The notes beneath the pieces were generated by a model that was not told the DNA's origin, made no database searches, and worked only from the letters and a program-made list of their open reading frames with translations. DNA of 63,990 nucleotides, the filler included, from Acidimicrobiia bacterium (GTDB lineage Bacteria > Actinomycetota > Acidimicrobiia > Spongiisociales > CAZKJJ01), in NCBI GenBank assembly GCA_046759765.1. It is 13 parts of 13 records of this genome, joined end to end, with 100 filler letters (N's around TTAATTAATTAA, not from the genome) between each part and the next. Parts side by side here need not be neighbours in the genome. Positions count along the whole stretch, not along the records: positions 50,478 to 55,193 come from JBHICV010000171.1; positions 55,294 to 59,994 come from JBHICV010000172.1; positions 60,095 to 63,990 come from JBHICV010000198.1; 10 more parts are not named here. The stretch is one strand, 5' to 3'. Positions 54,070-63,069 of this stretch are shown here, piece by piece. Within the stretch, counting starts at the first letter, position 1. Each line of letters begins with the position of its first letter. A program made the translations under genes and the position numbers.

Positions 54070-55050
54070 TTAACCGGCCACCATGTTGCGGATGCTGCCC
54101 GGACTGGAGGGATGCCGCAGCTTGGCCAGCGCCTTCGCCTCGATTTGACGAATGCGCTCGCGAGTCAGGTTGAAGTGGCGTCCTACCTCGTCGAGGGTGC
54201 GAGGGATACCGGTGTCGAGCCCGTACCGCATGACGATGACGGTTCGCTCGCGGGGCTTGAGCTTGGCGAGCACTCGCTCGAGGTCCTCACGCCGCATGCC
54301 CATCGCCACGGCCTCGAAGGGAGCTCGGGCGTCCGCGTCCTCGATGAAATCGCCTAAGACCGCGTCGTCCTCACCGATCGGCTCGTAGATCGAGACCGGA
54401 TCCGGGGCCACCTTCTGGGCGTCGCGGACTTTCTGGGGCGTGAGACCGGCCTCCTCGGCGATCTCCTCGGGAGTCGGAGCCCGATTGAGCTTCTTGAAGA
54501 GGTCGTTCTCGGCCTGACGCACCTGAGTGATGGTGTCCATCATGTGTACCGGGACTCGAATCGTCCGGCTCTTATCGGCTATGGCTCGCGTTATCGCCTG
54601 CCTGATCCACCAGGTGGCATAGGTTGAGAACTTGAAGCCCTTCCGATACTCGAACTTCTCGACGGCCCGAATCAGACCGAGGTTGCCCTCTTGGATGAGG
54701 TCGAGCAGCGGCAGACCGGAGCTCTGGTAGCGCTTGGCGATACTGACAACCAGGCGAAGGTTGGTTTGGATGAACCGATGCCTGGCTTCGGAGCCGTCCT
54801 CGGCGAGGGCCTCCAGCTTGCGCCGGTCGGCCGCCTTGATCTTCGCCTCAGTGGCGAGCTTGGCCTCGGCTTTGCGGCCGCGCTCGATCCGCTTCGCCAG
54901 TTCGACTTCCTCTTCCGCTGTGAGCAGGGGGTAGGCCCCAATTTCGTCGAGGTAGCGTCGAATCGTGTCTTCGCGCGCTTCGGCTTCGGGGATCTTTCGT
55001 CGTGTGACCATTCTGTCCGGGGAAGAGCGGAGGTGCCGATCGTACTTCAC
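54070..55050 (-). CDS. Sigma-70 family principal-like sigma factor lacking region 1.1 (SigB-like)
   Basis: [40 protein letters not shown] and TRERIRQIE. Confidence 0.93.
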   Translation of the reverse strand: MKYDRHLRSSPDRMVTRRKIPEAEAREDTIRRYLDEIGAYPLLTAEEEVELAKRIERGRKAEAKLATEAKIKAADRRKLEALAEDGSEARHRFIQTNLRLVVSIAKRYQSSGLPLLDLIQEGNLGLIRAVEKFEYRKGFKFSTYATWWIRQAITRAIADKSRTIRVPVHMMDTITQVRQAENDLFKKLNRAPTPEEIAEEAGLTPQKVRDAQKVAPDPVSIYEPIGEDDAVLGDFIEDADARAPFEAVAMGMRREDLERVLAKLKPRERTVIVMRYGLDTGIPRTLDEVGRHFNLTRERIRQIEAKALAKLRHPSSPGSIRNMVAG

Positions 55051-55144
55051 GCTCCGCGCGATTTTGGGTATTACTACTCCAGATTTTTCGACAATCCGCG
55101 CGAGGTTCTTGAGTGCCCGGCGCTGGTAGCGTGATTCTCCGCTT

Positions 55145-55193
55145 GGGCGCTTAGCTCAGTCAGGGAGAGCGCTTCCCTTACAAGGAAGAGGTC
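55145..55193 (+). tRNA. tRNA-Val(TAC), 5' part (cut by the contig end)
   Basis: GGGCGCT-TAGCTCAG..GAGAGC; anticodon arm CTTCC-CTTACAA-GGAAG. Confidence 0.88.
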
Positions 55194-55293
55194 NNNNNNN
55201 NNNNNNNNNNNNNNNNNNNNNNNNNNNNNNNNNNNNNTTAATTAATTAANNNNNNNNNNNNNNNNNNNNNNNNNNNNNNNNNNNNNNNNNNNN

Positions 55294-55446
55294 TGGTGGA
55301 CAGGACTGGGATGGGCCACACCTTCTGGTGGGCAGGCTCTTATTAGGTCACACCGCCCGCGGAACGAGTTGGGTGGGGTCGACAGGTCATTATTAAGACA
55401 GTCCCTCTGGGGGACGTCAGCCGGATTATTGGGTCAGACCCCACCC
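55294..55446 (-). ncRNA. Bridge-RNA-like structured non-coding end, probably of a second IS110 element
   Basis: Stem GGGTGGGGTC/GACCCCACCC enclosing internal loops and a hairpin; second arm GGTGGAC...ACACCGCCCG is shared with 56536-56592. Strand is inferred. Confidence 0.5.
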
Positions 55447-55451
55447 TGTTC

Positions 55452-56489
55452 TTAGGTCACTGCTGGTAGGTGTTTGAAGATCTGCCGGGCTCCGTATCGT
55501 TTGAGGCAGCGGATGATCTCTCCGGTGGATCGTCCTTCGGCTCTGCGTCTGGCCACATAGCGGCGGGTTTCGGGGTGGTTGCTCATCCGGGTTAGCACCA
55601 TCCGATACAGAGCGGCGTTGGCGTGTCGGTCGCCTCCCCGGTTCAACCGGTAGCGAACCACCTTCCCTGATGAGGCCGAGATGGGTGCCACCCCGCACAG
55701 ATTCGCCCACGCTCCCTCAGAGCGGATCCGCTGGGGCTTGTCGCCCGCAGTGACCAGCAGACTGGCGGCGTTGTCAGGTCCGATCCCGTGCAACTCCAAC
55801 AGCGAAGGAGCAACCTGGCCTACTAGTTCGGTGAGCATCTGGTCGATCTGTTCTATCTCCTGGTTGAGTGATCGGACACGACGGGCCGGATTCCGGATCA
55901 CCAGATAGGTCGTATACAGGACCGGATCTGCCTATGACCTGGGCCGCAGCGCAGCGGCCTCTTTGACCAGGCCTTTCTTTCAGCGGTCTTTGAACCGGCT
56001 GCGGATCGGTTCCGGAGCTGTGAAGACCAGATGGCGGAGCTGTGTGAGGGACTGGATCCGCTGCTCCCGAGCCGAACGGCGAGCCACCAGCAGCACCCGC
56101 ATCTGCTCCACCGGCCCGTTACGGGCCTTCGGGGTCACTGCCGCTGATCCCGACAAGGCCGCTCGAGCTGCCGCTACCGCATCGGTGGGATCCGACTTGC
56201 CCTGCTTCCGCCGCAACTGACGGCTAGGCCTGTCCACCTCCACCGTCTCCACCTCAGCCTCCAACAGAAACCTGGCTAGACCGACTCCATAGGACCCAGT
56301 TCCCTCCACCCCGACCCGTTCCACCGGTCCAAACGAAGCCAACCATCCCAACAGCTCCTCAAACCCGGTCCCTTCAGCAGTGAACGACTCGACTCCCAAC
56401 AGACCACCGTTCTGATCCACCGCTGCTGCCACCTGAACGTCGGCGTGGGTGTCCACCCCGCCCGTCACACTTACGATTGCCACAGCCAT
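55452..56489 (-). pseudogene. IS110 family transposase with two in-frame stops (TGA 55980-55982, TAG 55932-55934)
   Basis: GVDTHAD, GVEGTGSYG and KSDPTDA (DEDD domain); APISASSG and RLNRGGDRHAN (Tnp domain); both ORF pieces are in the same frame. Confidence 0.9.
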
Positions 56490-56660
56490 CCCTTTCTCTC
56501 GTTTGATGCAAAGGGGTGGCATGCACCACCGGGACGGCGGACGTGACCCAACCCAGCCGCTGGTTTCAGCTCAACCGCTGCTACACCGCCCGACCGGAGC
56601 GTGCCACACCAGCCGTAATCATCGCTCCCAGCCGGATATGGGCCGTCTAGTGATTGTGGA
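56490..56660 (-). ncRNA. IS110 upstream non-coding end (candidate bridge RNA)
   Basis: Lies directly upstream of the transposase, has hairpins, and shares scaffold motifs with 55295-55359; boundary approximate. Confidence 0.5.
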
Positions 56661-56839
56661 TTGACCGTCGGAAGGCTGGGCCTGGTGGCAGATTGACCAA
56701 TCGGGCCACGATCAGGATGCGGGTGCGGGGATGTGGCTGGAGGCGACGCGAGACTATCGGGGCCTTACCGGCTGGGCTGCGAGGTCAAGGTAGTGGGCGA
56801 CTAAGCGATCGCTGGGTTTCCCGTACGCTACGTCCGGAG

Positions 56840-56925
56840 ATGCCCTTGGCTATCCCTCCGTCGGGAACGGTCACGTTGCTATTTACTGATATTGAGGGCA
56901 GTCCGCGCCTGTGGGAAGGCCAACG
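56840..56925 (+). pseudogene. Fragment of a class III adenylate/guanylate cyclase
   Basis: PSGTVTLLFTDIEGS.RLWE motif, after which similarity is lost. Confidence 0.65.
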
Positions 56926-57955
56926 AGGGTTACGGCGTGCAACAACCCATCAGCATGCGCAAGCCGGCAACTCTCTGGGTTCCGATGCGAGCCACCCCAC
57001 AAGATCCTGGCCCTGGGGGCATCGGCCGGGGGGCGAGTACTGCCGTGTCATGAACGTGTAGGTACTGAAGATCAGGTGGTAGGCGACGTCGATCAGCGTG
57101 AGGAAGCTGCGGCCGGTCGTAGGGTTCCTTGGAATATGACGCCTAGGCGGATGAAAACCCCTTAGCAACCCTCAGGTTGAGGGCTTATTGGTTACTTGTG
57201 GCATCCTCGTCGTCTTAACGCGGGTGCTGCCGAGGGGAGCGTCCGCCTGAACTCAGGTGGCGCTCCCCGTCGGCGTTACGAACGGCTGACTATCGTCGGT
57301 TTGGTGCCGGTCCGCCCTTGCGTCGGGGGTCGTCGTCGGTCATGAGGGAGGTCCTCCACGCTGGCGCCCCACATCGAAGTGTTACTTCCCGACCAGAGCT
57401 CGCCGCTCGTCGTTGAGAGCGTCCAGAATGGCATCGTAGGGCTGTGGGTCACCGACGCGGGCATCGACCACGTTGACGCTGGCTTCCTCCGGCCGGGGCC
57501 GAGAGGCAGTCGCCTTCTTGGAAACCACGGCATAAGCCTCGCCCTCGGTCCACCCCACCACCACATGTGGGATCACTTCCGTGCCGGCTGGATCGATACC
57601 TCGATGCCGTGCACCGCATAGCCGTCTCCCATGTCACTCTTTCGGCCGGGATTCAGGGCGTTCACGCTCAACCCCACCGGCTCCAGCTTTGGCCAGCCGC
57701 CCTTCGGGGAGTAAGCCACCCCGCGTCAACCCGACCAAACTTCCCCGCCCGGCCTCAAAGAACGCCAAGAGTTCGAGTACTGCCGCCATGGCACGGCGTG
57801 TTTGTTCGCCGCATTGGACGTCCACTCCGGGGGACACGTCCGCCTTCCCGGCTGAGCACAGGGCCCCGTCGGCCCCGATGTCGAGTCTCCCTGCAATTCG
57901 CAAGGCGATCGGTCTAGCCTGAACACCAGGAATAGACGACTGAGGGAGGAGAGCG

Positions 57956-58477
57956 ATGTTGTCGGTTGCCGTCATATTCTTCACATTCGCCACGGGAGCG
58001 TTCGTGATCGGGGTCTACCTGCTCGGCATAGGCGCCGACGAGCCCGAGGATGGGGGAAAGGGGCCTCTCTATACGATCGGCTGGATCGAGCTCGTCGTCG
58101 GGTTGTTCCTCGTGACCCAGATGATCATCCTGGTGGAGGTCGCCGGCCTCCCGACCCTTGCCGGGGTCGTCGGGCTTTTTGCACTCTTCTTCATCTCACT
58201 AGGGATCGCGCTGATCAAGGGAGCGGACCTGCGACCCGTCGGTGCGATCGCATTCACCATCGGCCTCTTCGCCTGGCCGTTTGCCTTCTTCGACGGGTTC
58301 AACGGCGTTTTCGTCTTCCAGTCGAACGCGATCCTGTGGAGCGTCGCGTTCTTCGGCATCGCCGCCTTCACCTACGGCAAGCTCGGCGCGAGGCCCCTGG
58401 GCGGGATCCTTATGTTGGTCGCGATCTGGGGATGGCTCCCCGCGGTGTACCTGTCGGTGGACGCCACGATCTTTTAG
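57956..58477 (+). CDS. Six-TM membrane protein, AmiS/UreI-like channel
   Basis: 173 aa with about six hydrophobic helices and a G.DL..vG loop; GGGAGGAG RBS; family assignment is inferred. Confidence 0.6.
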   Translation: MLSVAVIFFTFATGAFVIGVYLLGIGADEPEDGGKGPLYTIGWIELVVGLFLVTQMIILVEVAGLPTLAGVVGLFALFFISLGIALIKGADLRPVGAIAFTIGLFAWPFAFFDGFNGVFVFQSNAILWSVAFFGIAAFTYGKLGARPLGGILMLVAIWGWLPAVYLSVDATIF

Positions 58478-58581
58478 TAGAGAGGACGACGCCTGCCGAC
58501 CTGAGGCGCCGGTTCGAGACGCCGACCGCAGCGGGTGCTCGACGCCATGGAGACCCAATCCGTGCGAAGAGAACCTCACAT

Positions 58582-58615
58582 GCCGCCGATATCGGCACAT
58601 ATGCGCTATCTGAGG
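58582..58615 (+). repeat. dif-like site, left flank of the Flp module
   Basis: GCCGCCGATAT-CGGCAC-ATATGCGCTAT-CTGAGG; 21/22 identity with 59312-59333. Confidence 0.6.
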
Positions 58616-59002
58616 TAGAAGGCTGGGAGCCGCCGGTCTACGTAATCGGCTACCAGGCACTTCACTGAGCATCGACCTCCATGCATACAGGTCCGTACAG
58701 ATGAAGACTTACCCGTAGCTTCCTTGCAATCCACACCCCCCGTCCCGGAACGAGGAAAGTCGTTGCCCTGCTCAAAGAGCCGCTCTAACCCAAACCTCCC
58801 TCCGAACACCCTCATAGGCAAAGTCCAGGGCCGAAGAGCCTCCTGACAGTCAAGGGGGCAGCCGATCCAGAACCGCCCTCGCGCTGACCGCGCGAATCGC
58901 CAACGCCGTGGGTGAATGGGTCTCCCGACCTATATGTCCCAGGCGGTCCCCCGATACGTTGGATGGTTGGCAGCAACCCCATGTTGCGAGGAAGGGGACC
59001 GA

Positions 59003-59188
59003 ATGCTGACACTGCTATCCAAGGTGCAGACCTGGGGTGGGCTCCGCGAAGAGACGGGCGCCACCATGGTCGAGTACGCACTTCTGGTTGTCCTGATCGC
59101 CATCGTGGCGCTTGTCGCTGTTTCGTTCGCTGGCGAGCAGGTATCGAACACTTTCTCAGAGATTGGAGACGAACTGGCTAACCCGTAA
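59003..59188 (+). CDS. flp: Flp family type IVb pilin
   Basis: REETG^ATMVEYALLVVLIAIVAL Flp motif; GAGGAAGG RBS. Confidence 0.93.
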   Translation: MLTLLSKVQTWGGLREETGATMVEYALLVVLIAIVALVAVSFAGEQVSNTFSEIGDELANP

Positions 59189-59220
59189 CCGACCAACCCC
59201 CCAATACTGGGAACAAGAGC

Positions 59221-59254
59221 CGACGACCCCCGCCAAATGTGTTGGGGGTCGTCG
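59221..59254. terminator. Hairpin downstream of flp
   Basis: CGACGACCCCC...GGGGGTCGTCG, without a clear U-tract. Confidence 0.55.
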
Positions 59255-59311
59255 CATGTCAAGCATCGAGAGGGTCACCCCAGTAACGCGCACCACCCAC
59301 ATCATCAATCA

Positions 59312-59333
59312 GGCACATATGCGCTAGCTGAGG
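59312..59333 (+). repeat. dif-like site, right flank of the Flp module
   Basis: GGCACATATGCGCTAGCTGAGG. Confidence 0.6.
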
Positions 59334-59372
59334 AAGGACCTGGCCCGGTCTGCTCGAGTGGGTGGGTCAGTG

Positions 59373-59909
59373 TCAGGTGCCTGCAATGGAGGCTTGAACG
59401 GACGCTGCTCGGTCATCAGCTGAGCCTCGGGGAACTTCAACCAGGCTGTACCCGGTTCGCTCATATGCGGATTCGAGCAGTCGGAGGAACTCGACCACGG
59501 CGGCAAACGGCATCTTGCGTTCGTCATCAGTCCGGTAGATCTCCTCCCAAGGCCGGGTGACCAGCACCTCGGGCTGGTACCGGTAAGTGGCTGCCGCCTC
59601 GATGCTTGGAGTCGGATCAATGCCGCCCCACTCTGCGTAGGTAATGCAATCGGGAACTCCACGATCAAAGATGACCGGACCCTCCAACCGCTGGGCTGTC
59701 TCGTAGTTCTCGATCGACTGTTGAAGCAGCAGCTCAACGAACCGCGACGGATTCCGGTCCCACGTACCGTCGCCGTCAATTGATCGCTGTTGGGCAAGTA
59801 TCTCTCGGGCTGGCTCAGGCACCCAGCGGACACCCGAAGTCAGGCTCTCCAGGAGTGCTGTCTTTCCAGTGCCGGGAGCACCGGTGAGGATATGGAAGCT
59901 CGCTCCCAT
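59373..59909 (-). CDS. AAA_28-like P-loop ATPase/kinase
   Basis: ILTGAPGTGKT, EPAREI, FDRGVPD and PWEEIYRTDDER motifs. Confidence 0.85.
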   Translation of the reverse strand: MGASFHILTGAPGTGKTALLESLTSGVRWVPEPAREILAQQRSIDGDGTWDRNPSRFVELLLQQSIENYETAQRLEGPVIFDRGVPDCITYAEWGGIDPTPSIEAAATYRYQPEVLVTRPWEEIYRTDDERKMPFAAVVEFLRLLESAYERTGYSLVEVPRGSADDRAASVQASIAGT

Positions 59910-60130
59910 GCGTATCTGTTGGTCGGAGCCGCTCATTCTGGCTGCCAAAGCCAAGTCCTCCAATCAGCCGGGCACTATCGAAGAGAACCATTCGNNNNNN
60001 NNNNNNNNNNNNNNNNNNNNNNNNNNNNNNNNNNNNNNTTAATTAATTAANNNNNNNNNNNNNNNNNNNNNNNNNNNNNNNNNNNNNNNNNNNNCTGGAT
60101 GCCTAGAGGCGCCCGCGTCCGAGAACCGCG

Positions 60131-60709
60131 ATGACGACGCCGAACCACAAGAAGAGTTGGCCGAGGCCGTTGGTTGGCCTCTCTGTTTTGGTGATGCTGG
60201 CCGCGGCCTGCAGTCAGCTGGCAGGACCCGGGGCCTCGAGTACAGACCTCGCTAGACTCGCCGATATCGAGGCGGTGGACGAGCTGCGCGCTGCCTTTGT
60301 GCAGGACTCCGGCCGGCCCCGATTGCTGCTTCTCCTCTCTCCCACCTGATCGGTCTGCCGTCAGGGCGCCCGGTGGGTGCAACAGGAGATCCTTGACGCC
60401 AACCCAGAGGCCGACCTGGCCGTGTACGCGATCTGGATGCCGATGCTGTTCAGCGACGCTCGGTTCCGTTGGGATCCGGGCCTGCTGCCTGACAGCCGGG
60501 TAGTGCACTTCTGGGACGAGCGAAGGGTCACGGGGCAGTGGTTCGCGCAAGAGGTGCTCGGATATCGGGGGATCGCTTGGGACATCTTCTTCCTCTACGG
60601 TCCGGAGGCAGCGTGGGAGGCTACGCCGGAGCCTCTGGTAAGCCGCGGTTCGACCGTTATCGGCCGCCGGGATCAACTGCAGACCTCGATCCTTCCCCTG
60701 CTGGGATAG
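60131..60709 (+). CDS. Thioredoxin-like selenolipoprotein (SPT-U-SV-C), read through TGA 60347-60349
   Basis: ORFs 60131-60349 and 60377-60709 share a frame; LAAAC lipobox; LLLLLSPT-TGA-SVC forms UxxC after a beta strand; hairpin downstream. Confidence 0.8.
60366..60380 (+). promoter_or_regulatory. Candidate bacterial SECIS hairpin
   Basis: GCGCCC-GGT-GGGTGC with the loop 23 nt after the UGA. Confidence 0.55.
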
Positions 60710-60720
60710 TTCGTGAAGCA

Positions 60721-61416
60721 GTGGGGCAAACGGCAGTCGACGCAGGGACTACAGGTAGCGCCGCAGACCTCGCAGCCGAGATCAGGGAGCGGATCAGCAG
60801 TCTTCCGCATCGCGACACGCCCTCCCTGCGCAGCGTGCGCCGCGAGTTCTCGAAGCGGCTCAAAGGTTCAGGGCCCCAGATGGTCCTGAGGCTGGCACGT
60901 CGCCTGCTCGACGGAGCGGACCACGACCGTCGCTTCATCGCATACGAACTGATCCAGTTTCACAAGGCCGCTCTCGAGAGCCTCCGGGAAGAGGAACTCG
61001 AGGAACTGGGCCGAGGGATCGATTCCTGGGGTGCGGTCGACACCTTTTCCGTCTATCTGGCGGGTCCGGCGTGGCGGGAGCATCAGCTGTCGGATGACGT
61101 CATCCTACGCTGGGCGGAGTCCTCCGATCGATGGTGGCGGAGAACTGCTCTCGTGAGCACAGTCGCCTTGAACTCCAAGGCCCGCGGTGGAGACGGCGAC
61201 GCGAGGCGAACGCTCCTGATCTGTCGACGCCTTGTCTCTGACCGCGACGACATGGTGGTCAAGGCAATGTCGTGGGCGTTGCGCGAGCTGGCGAAGCGCG
61301 ACCCCGGCGCGGTCGTGGACTTCCTCGCGGAACACGAAACCTCCCTGGCCGCTCGGGTGAATCGCGAGGTCAGGAACAAACTCGAGACTGGCCTCAAAAA
61401 CCCGAAGAAACGCTAG
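60721..61416 (+). CDS. DNA alkylation repair protein (AlkD-like, HEAT repeats)
   Basis: IDSWGAVD, WAESSDRWWRR and DDMVVKAMSWALREL; start codon uncertain. Confidence 0.88.
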   Translation: MGQTAVDAGTTGSAADLAAEIRERISSLPHRDTPSLRSVRREFSKRLKGSGPQMVLRLARRLLDGADHDRRFIAYELIQFHKAALESLREEELEELGRGIDSWGAVDTFSVYLAGPAWREHQLSDDVILRWAESSDRWWRRTALVSTVALNSKARGGDGDARRTLLICRRLVSDRDDMVVKAMSWALRELAKRDPGAVVDFLAEHETSLAARVNREVRNKLETGLKNPKKR

Positions 61417-61562
61417 CGGCCCGATCCCGACGCGATTCGTGAGCCTGGCGCAGCCCGTCTTCCGGCGGGAGCGCCGCGGGGCCATGTCTGTTATCTTGAG
61501 GGGCGATCAATCCCCACACGCAACGCGACGAGCGATCGGCTCGGAGTGAGAAGAAAGCTTCC

Positions 61563-61712
61563 ATGTACAAGAGGTCCCTAGGGAACTTCCTGACCAACCT
61601 TGACCAGCCGATGCCGCTGGGTGAGAAGCTCTTCAAGCTCTCGCGCAATCTCGCCTTGCGGGTGGTCCTAAGACAGGGCTGCTGCGGCAACCACGGCGAG
61701 CCTGGGTGTTGA
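61563..61712 (+). CDS. Small Cys-rich protein ending CCGNHGEPGC-TGA (49 aa; possible Sec read-through to 61775)
   Basis: MYKRSLGNFLTNLDQPMPLGEKLFKLSRNLALRVVLRQGCCGNHGEPGC; not in the ORF track. Confidence 0.65.
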   Translation: MYKRSLGNFLTNLDQPMPLGEKLFKLSRNLALRVVLRQGCCGNHGEPGC

Positions 61713-61830
61713 CGGCTTGATTCACCGCCCGGGTCGGGTGGCCATCGTCATGAAGGCGAGTACCACAGCCACTGACGAATCGACTTGTTGAGTCCGCCCC
61801 GCCCGAGTCGCGAGGTTGAAGGGAGACAGG

Positions 61831-62169
61831 ATGGGGGAAGAGCTACTAGGCAAGAAGTACGAGCTTGACAGCATAGACAAAGAGTTGGGGGACGACTTCT
61901 GGTCGCCCAAGGACGTGGCCCACTTCAACGACTGGGTGCTCCGGGCCAGCGCGGTCAAGGGCGAGTACCAGTGGCATAAGCACGAAGCCGACGAGTTCTT
62001 TCTCATCTACAGGGGGGAAATCGTCATCGACACTGAAGATGGAAGCATTCCGCTTCGCGAGGGCGAGGGGACGGTTATCCCCAAAGGCGTCCGCCATCGG
62101 CCCCGAGCAGACGAGCGAGCCCTCGTCCTAGTCCTTGAACCGGCCAGCGTGAATCCTCTCGGCGACTGA
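61831..62169 (+). CDS. Cupin domain protein
   Basis: WSPKDVA..ND, KGEYQWHKHEADEFF and IPKGVRHRP. Confidence 0.9.
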   Translation: MGEELLGKKYELDSIDKELGDDFWSPKDVAHFNDWVLRASAVKGEYQWHKHEADEFFLIYRGEIVIDTEDGSIPLREGEGTVIPKGVRHRPRADERALVLVLEPASVNPLGD

Positions 62170-62269
62170 GGCCCGATCGAATCAATCACCTTCTGACGTT
62201 GGCCGGCTGTCCGGGGTGCCAAACGCCGCCCGTCGTTCGGATGTCAGTGGACGGCTTCTTGGAGATTCG

Positions 62270-63064
62270 ATGAACGTCGCTCCCGGCGAGCTGCGGGCGG
62301 TAGCCGTCGAGGCCATCCGCGAGGCCGGGGCGATCCTGCGCGCGGCCTTCGCCGTGCCGCAGGTCGTCTCCCACAAAGGGCCCGAAGGCCTCGTCACCGC
62401 GGCCGATCTCGACTCCGAACACAAATTAGTGCACATCATCCGGGACACCTTCCCCGACCACGGGATTCGCTCCGAGGAGGCGGGCGAGGTCGCTCAAGGT
62501 GCCGATTACACCTGGTTCCTAGATCCTCTCGATGGTACGGACAACTTCGTGCGCGGCATCCCCTACTTCGGCGTTGCGGTGTCGCTCGTCCACGATGGTC
62601 GGGTCACCCTGAGCGCTGTCTATCAGCCCGTCCGAGACGAGCTCTACCAGGCTGAGCGAAACGGCGGCGTGGTTGTCAACGAGACGCCGATCCGAAGCGC
62701 CGGTGAAGAGAAGTTGGAGGACGCCGTCATCGCGTTCGATCATGGTTATCGGCTCGGGAAAGCGGCACCCGCAGCGGCAGAGCTGCGGGCATCGCTATCT
62801 GAGCAAGCTCGGCGAGGCCTTTGGAACTGGGCGCCCACCCTGGACTGGGGGCTACTGGCCCGGGGGGCGATCGACGGCATGGTAGCCGTCGGCTCGGTGC
62901 CCGAGGAGCGGCATGCCGGCGCCTTGCTCGCTGCCGAAGCAGGCGCCATTGTCACCAACTTCCGGGGCGAGCCCTTCGGACTGGAGGACGAGAACCTCCT
63001 CGCCGCAGCCTCCCTGAGCCTTCACGAGGCGCTCCTGGAGCTCGCGGCGAAGGCCGGACTCTAG
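62270..63064 (+). CDS. Inositol monophosphatase family protein
   Basis: LVTAADLDSE, SEE, WFLDPLDGTDNF and AEAGAIVT. Confidence 0.9.
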   Translation: MNVAPGELRAVAVEAIREAGAILRAAFAVPQVVSHKGPEGLVTAADLDSEHKLVHIIRDTFPDHGIRSEEAGEVAQGADYTWFLDPLDGTDNFVRGIPYFGVAVSLVHDGRVTLSAVYQPVRDELYQAERNGGVVVNETPIRSAGEEKLEDAVIAFDHGYRLGKAAPAAAELRASLSEQARRGLWNWAPTLDWGLLARGAIDGMVAVGSVPEERHAGALLAAEAGAIVTNFRGEPFGLEDENLLAAASLSLHEALLELAAKAGL

Positions 63065-63069
63065 CTCCC

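Noticed and set aside
55145..55451. IS110 inserted into tRNA-Val
   Set aside because: The two features lie on different contigs separated by a linker, so the adjacency is artificial.
55932..55982. Programmed frameshift or stop recoding in the IS110 transposase
   Set aside because: Both pieces are in the same frame and are separated by two different stops (TGA and TAG) in a non-redox context; nonsense decay is simpler.
58812..58875. c-di-GMP-I riboswitch upstream of flp (GGCAAAG...)
   Set aside because: I could not build the GGCAAAC-GAAA P2 stem and the paired P1/P3 stems; the match is only a few bases.
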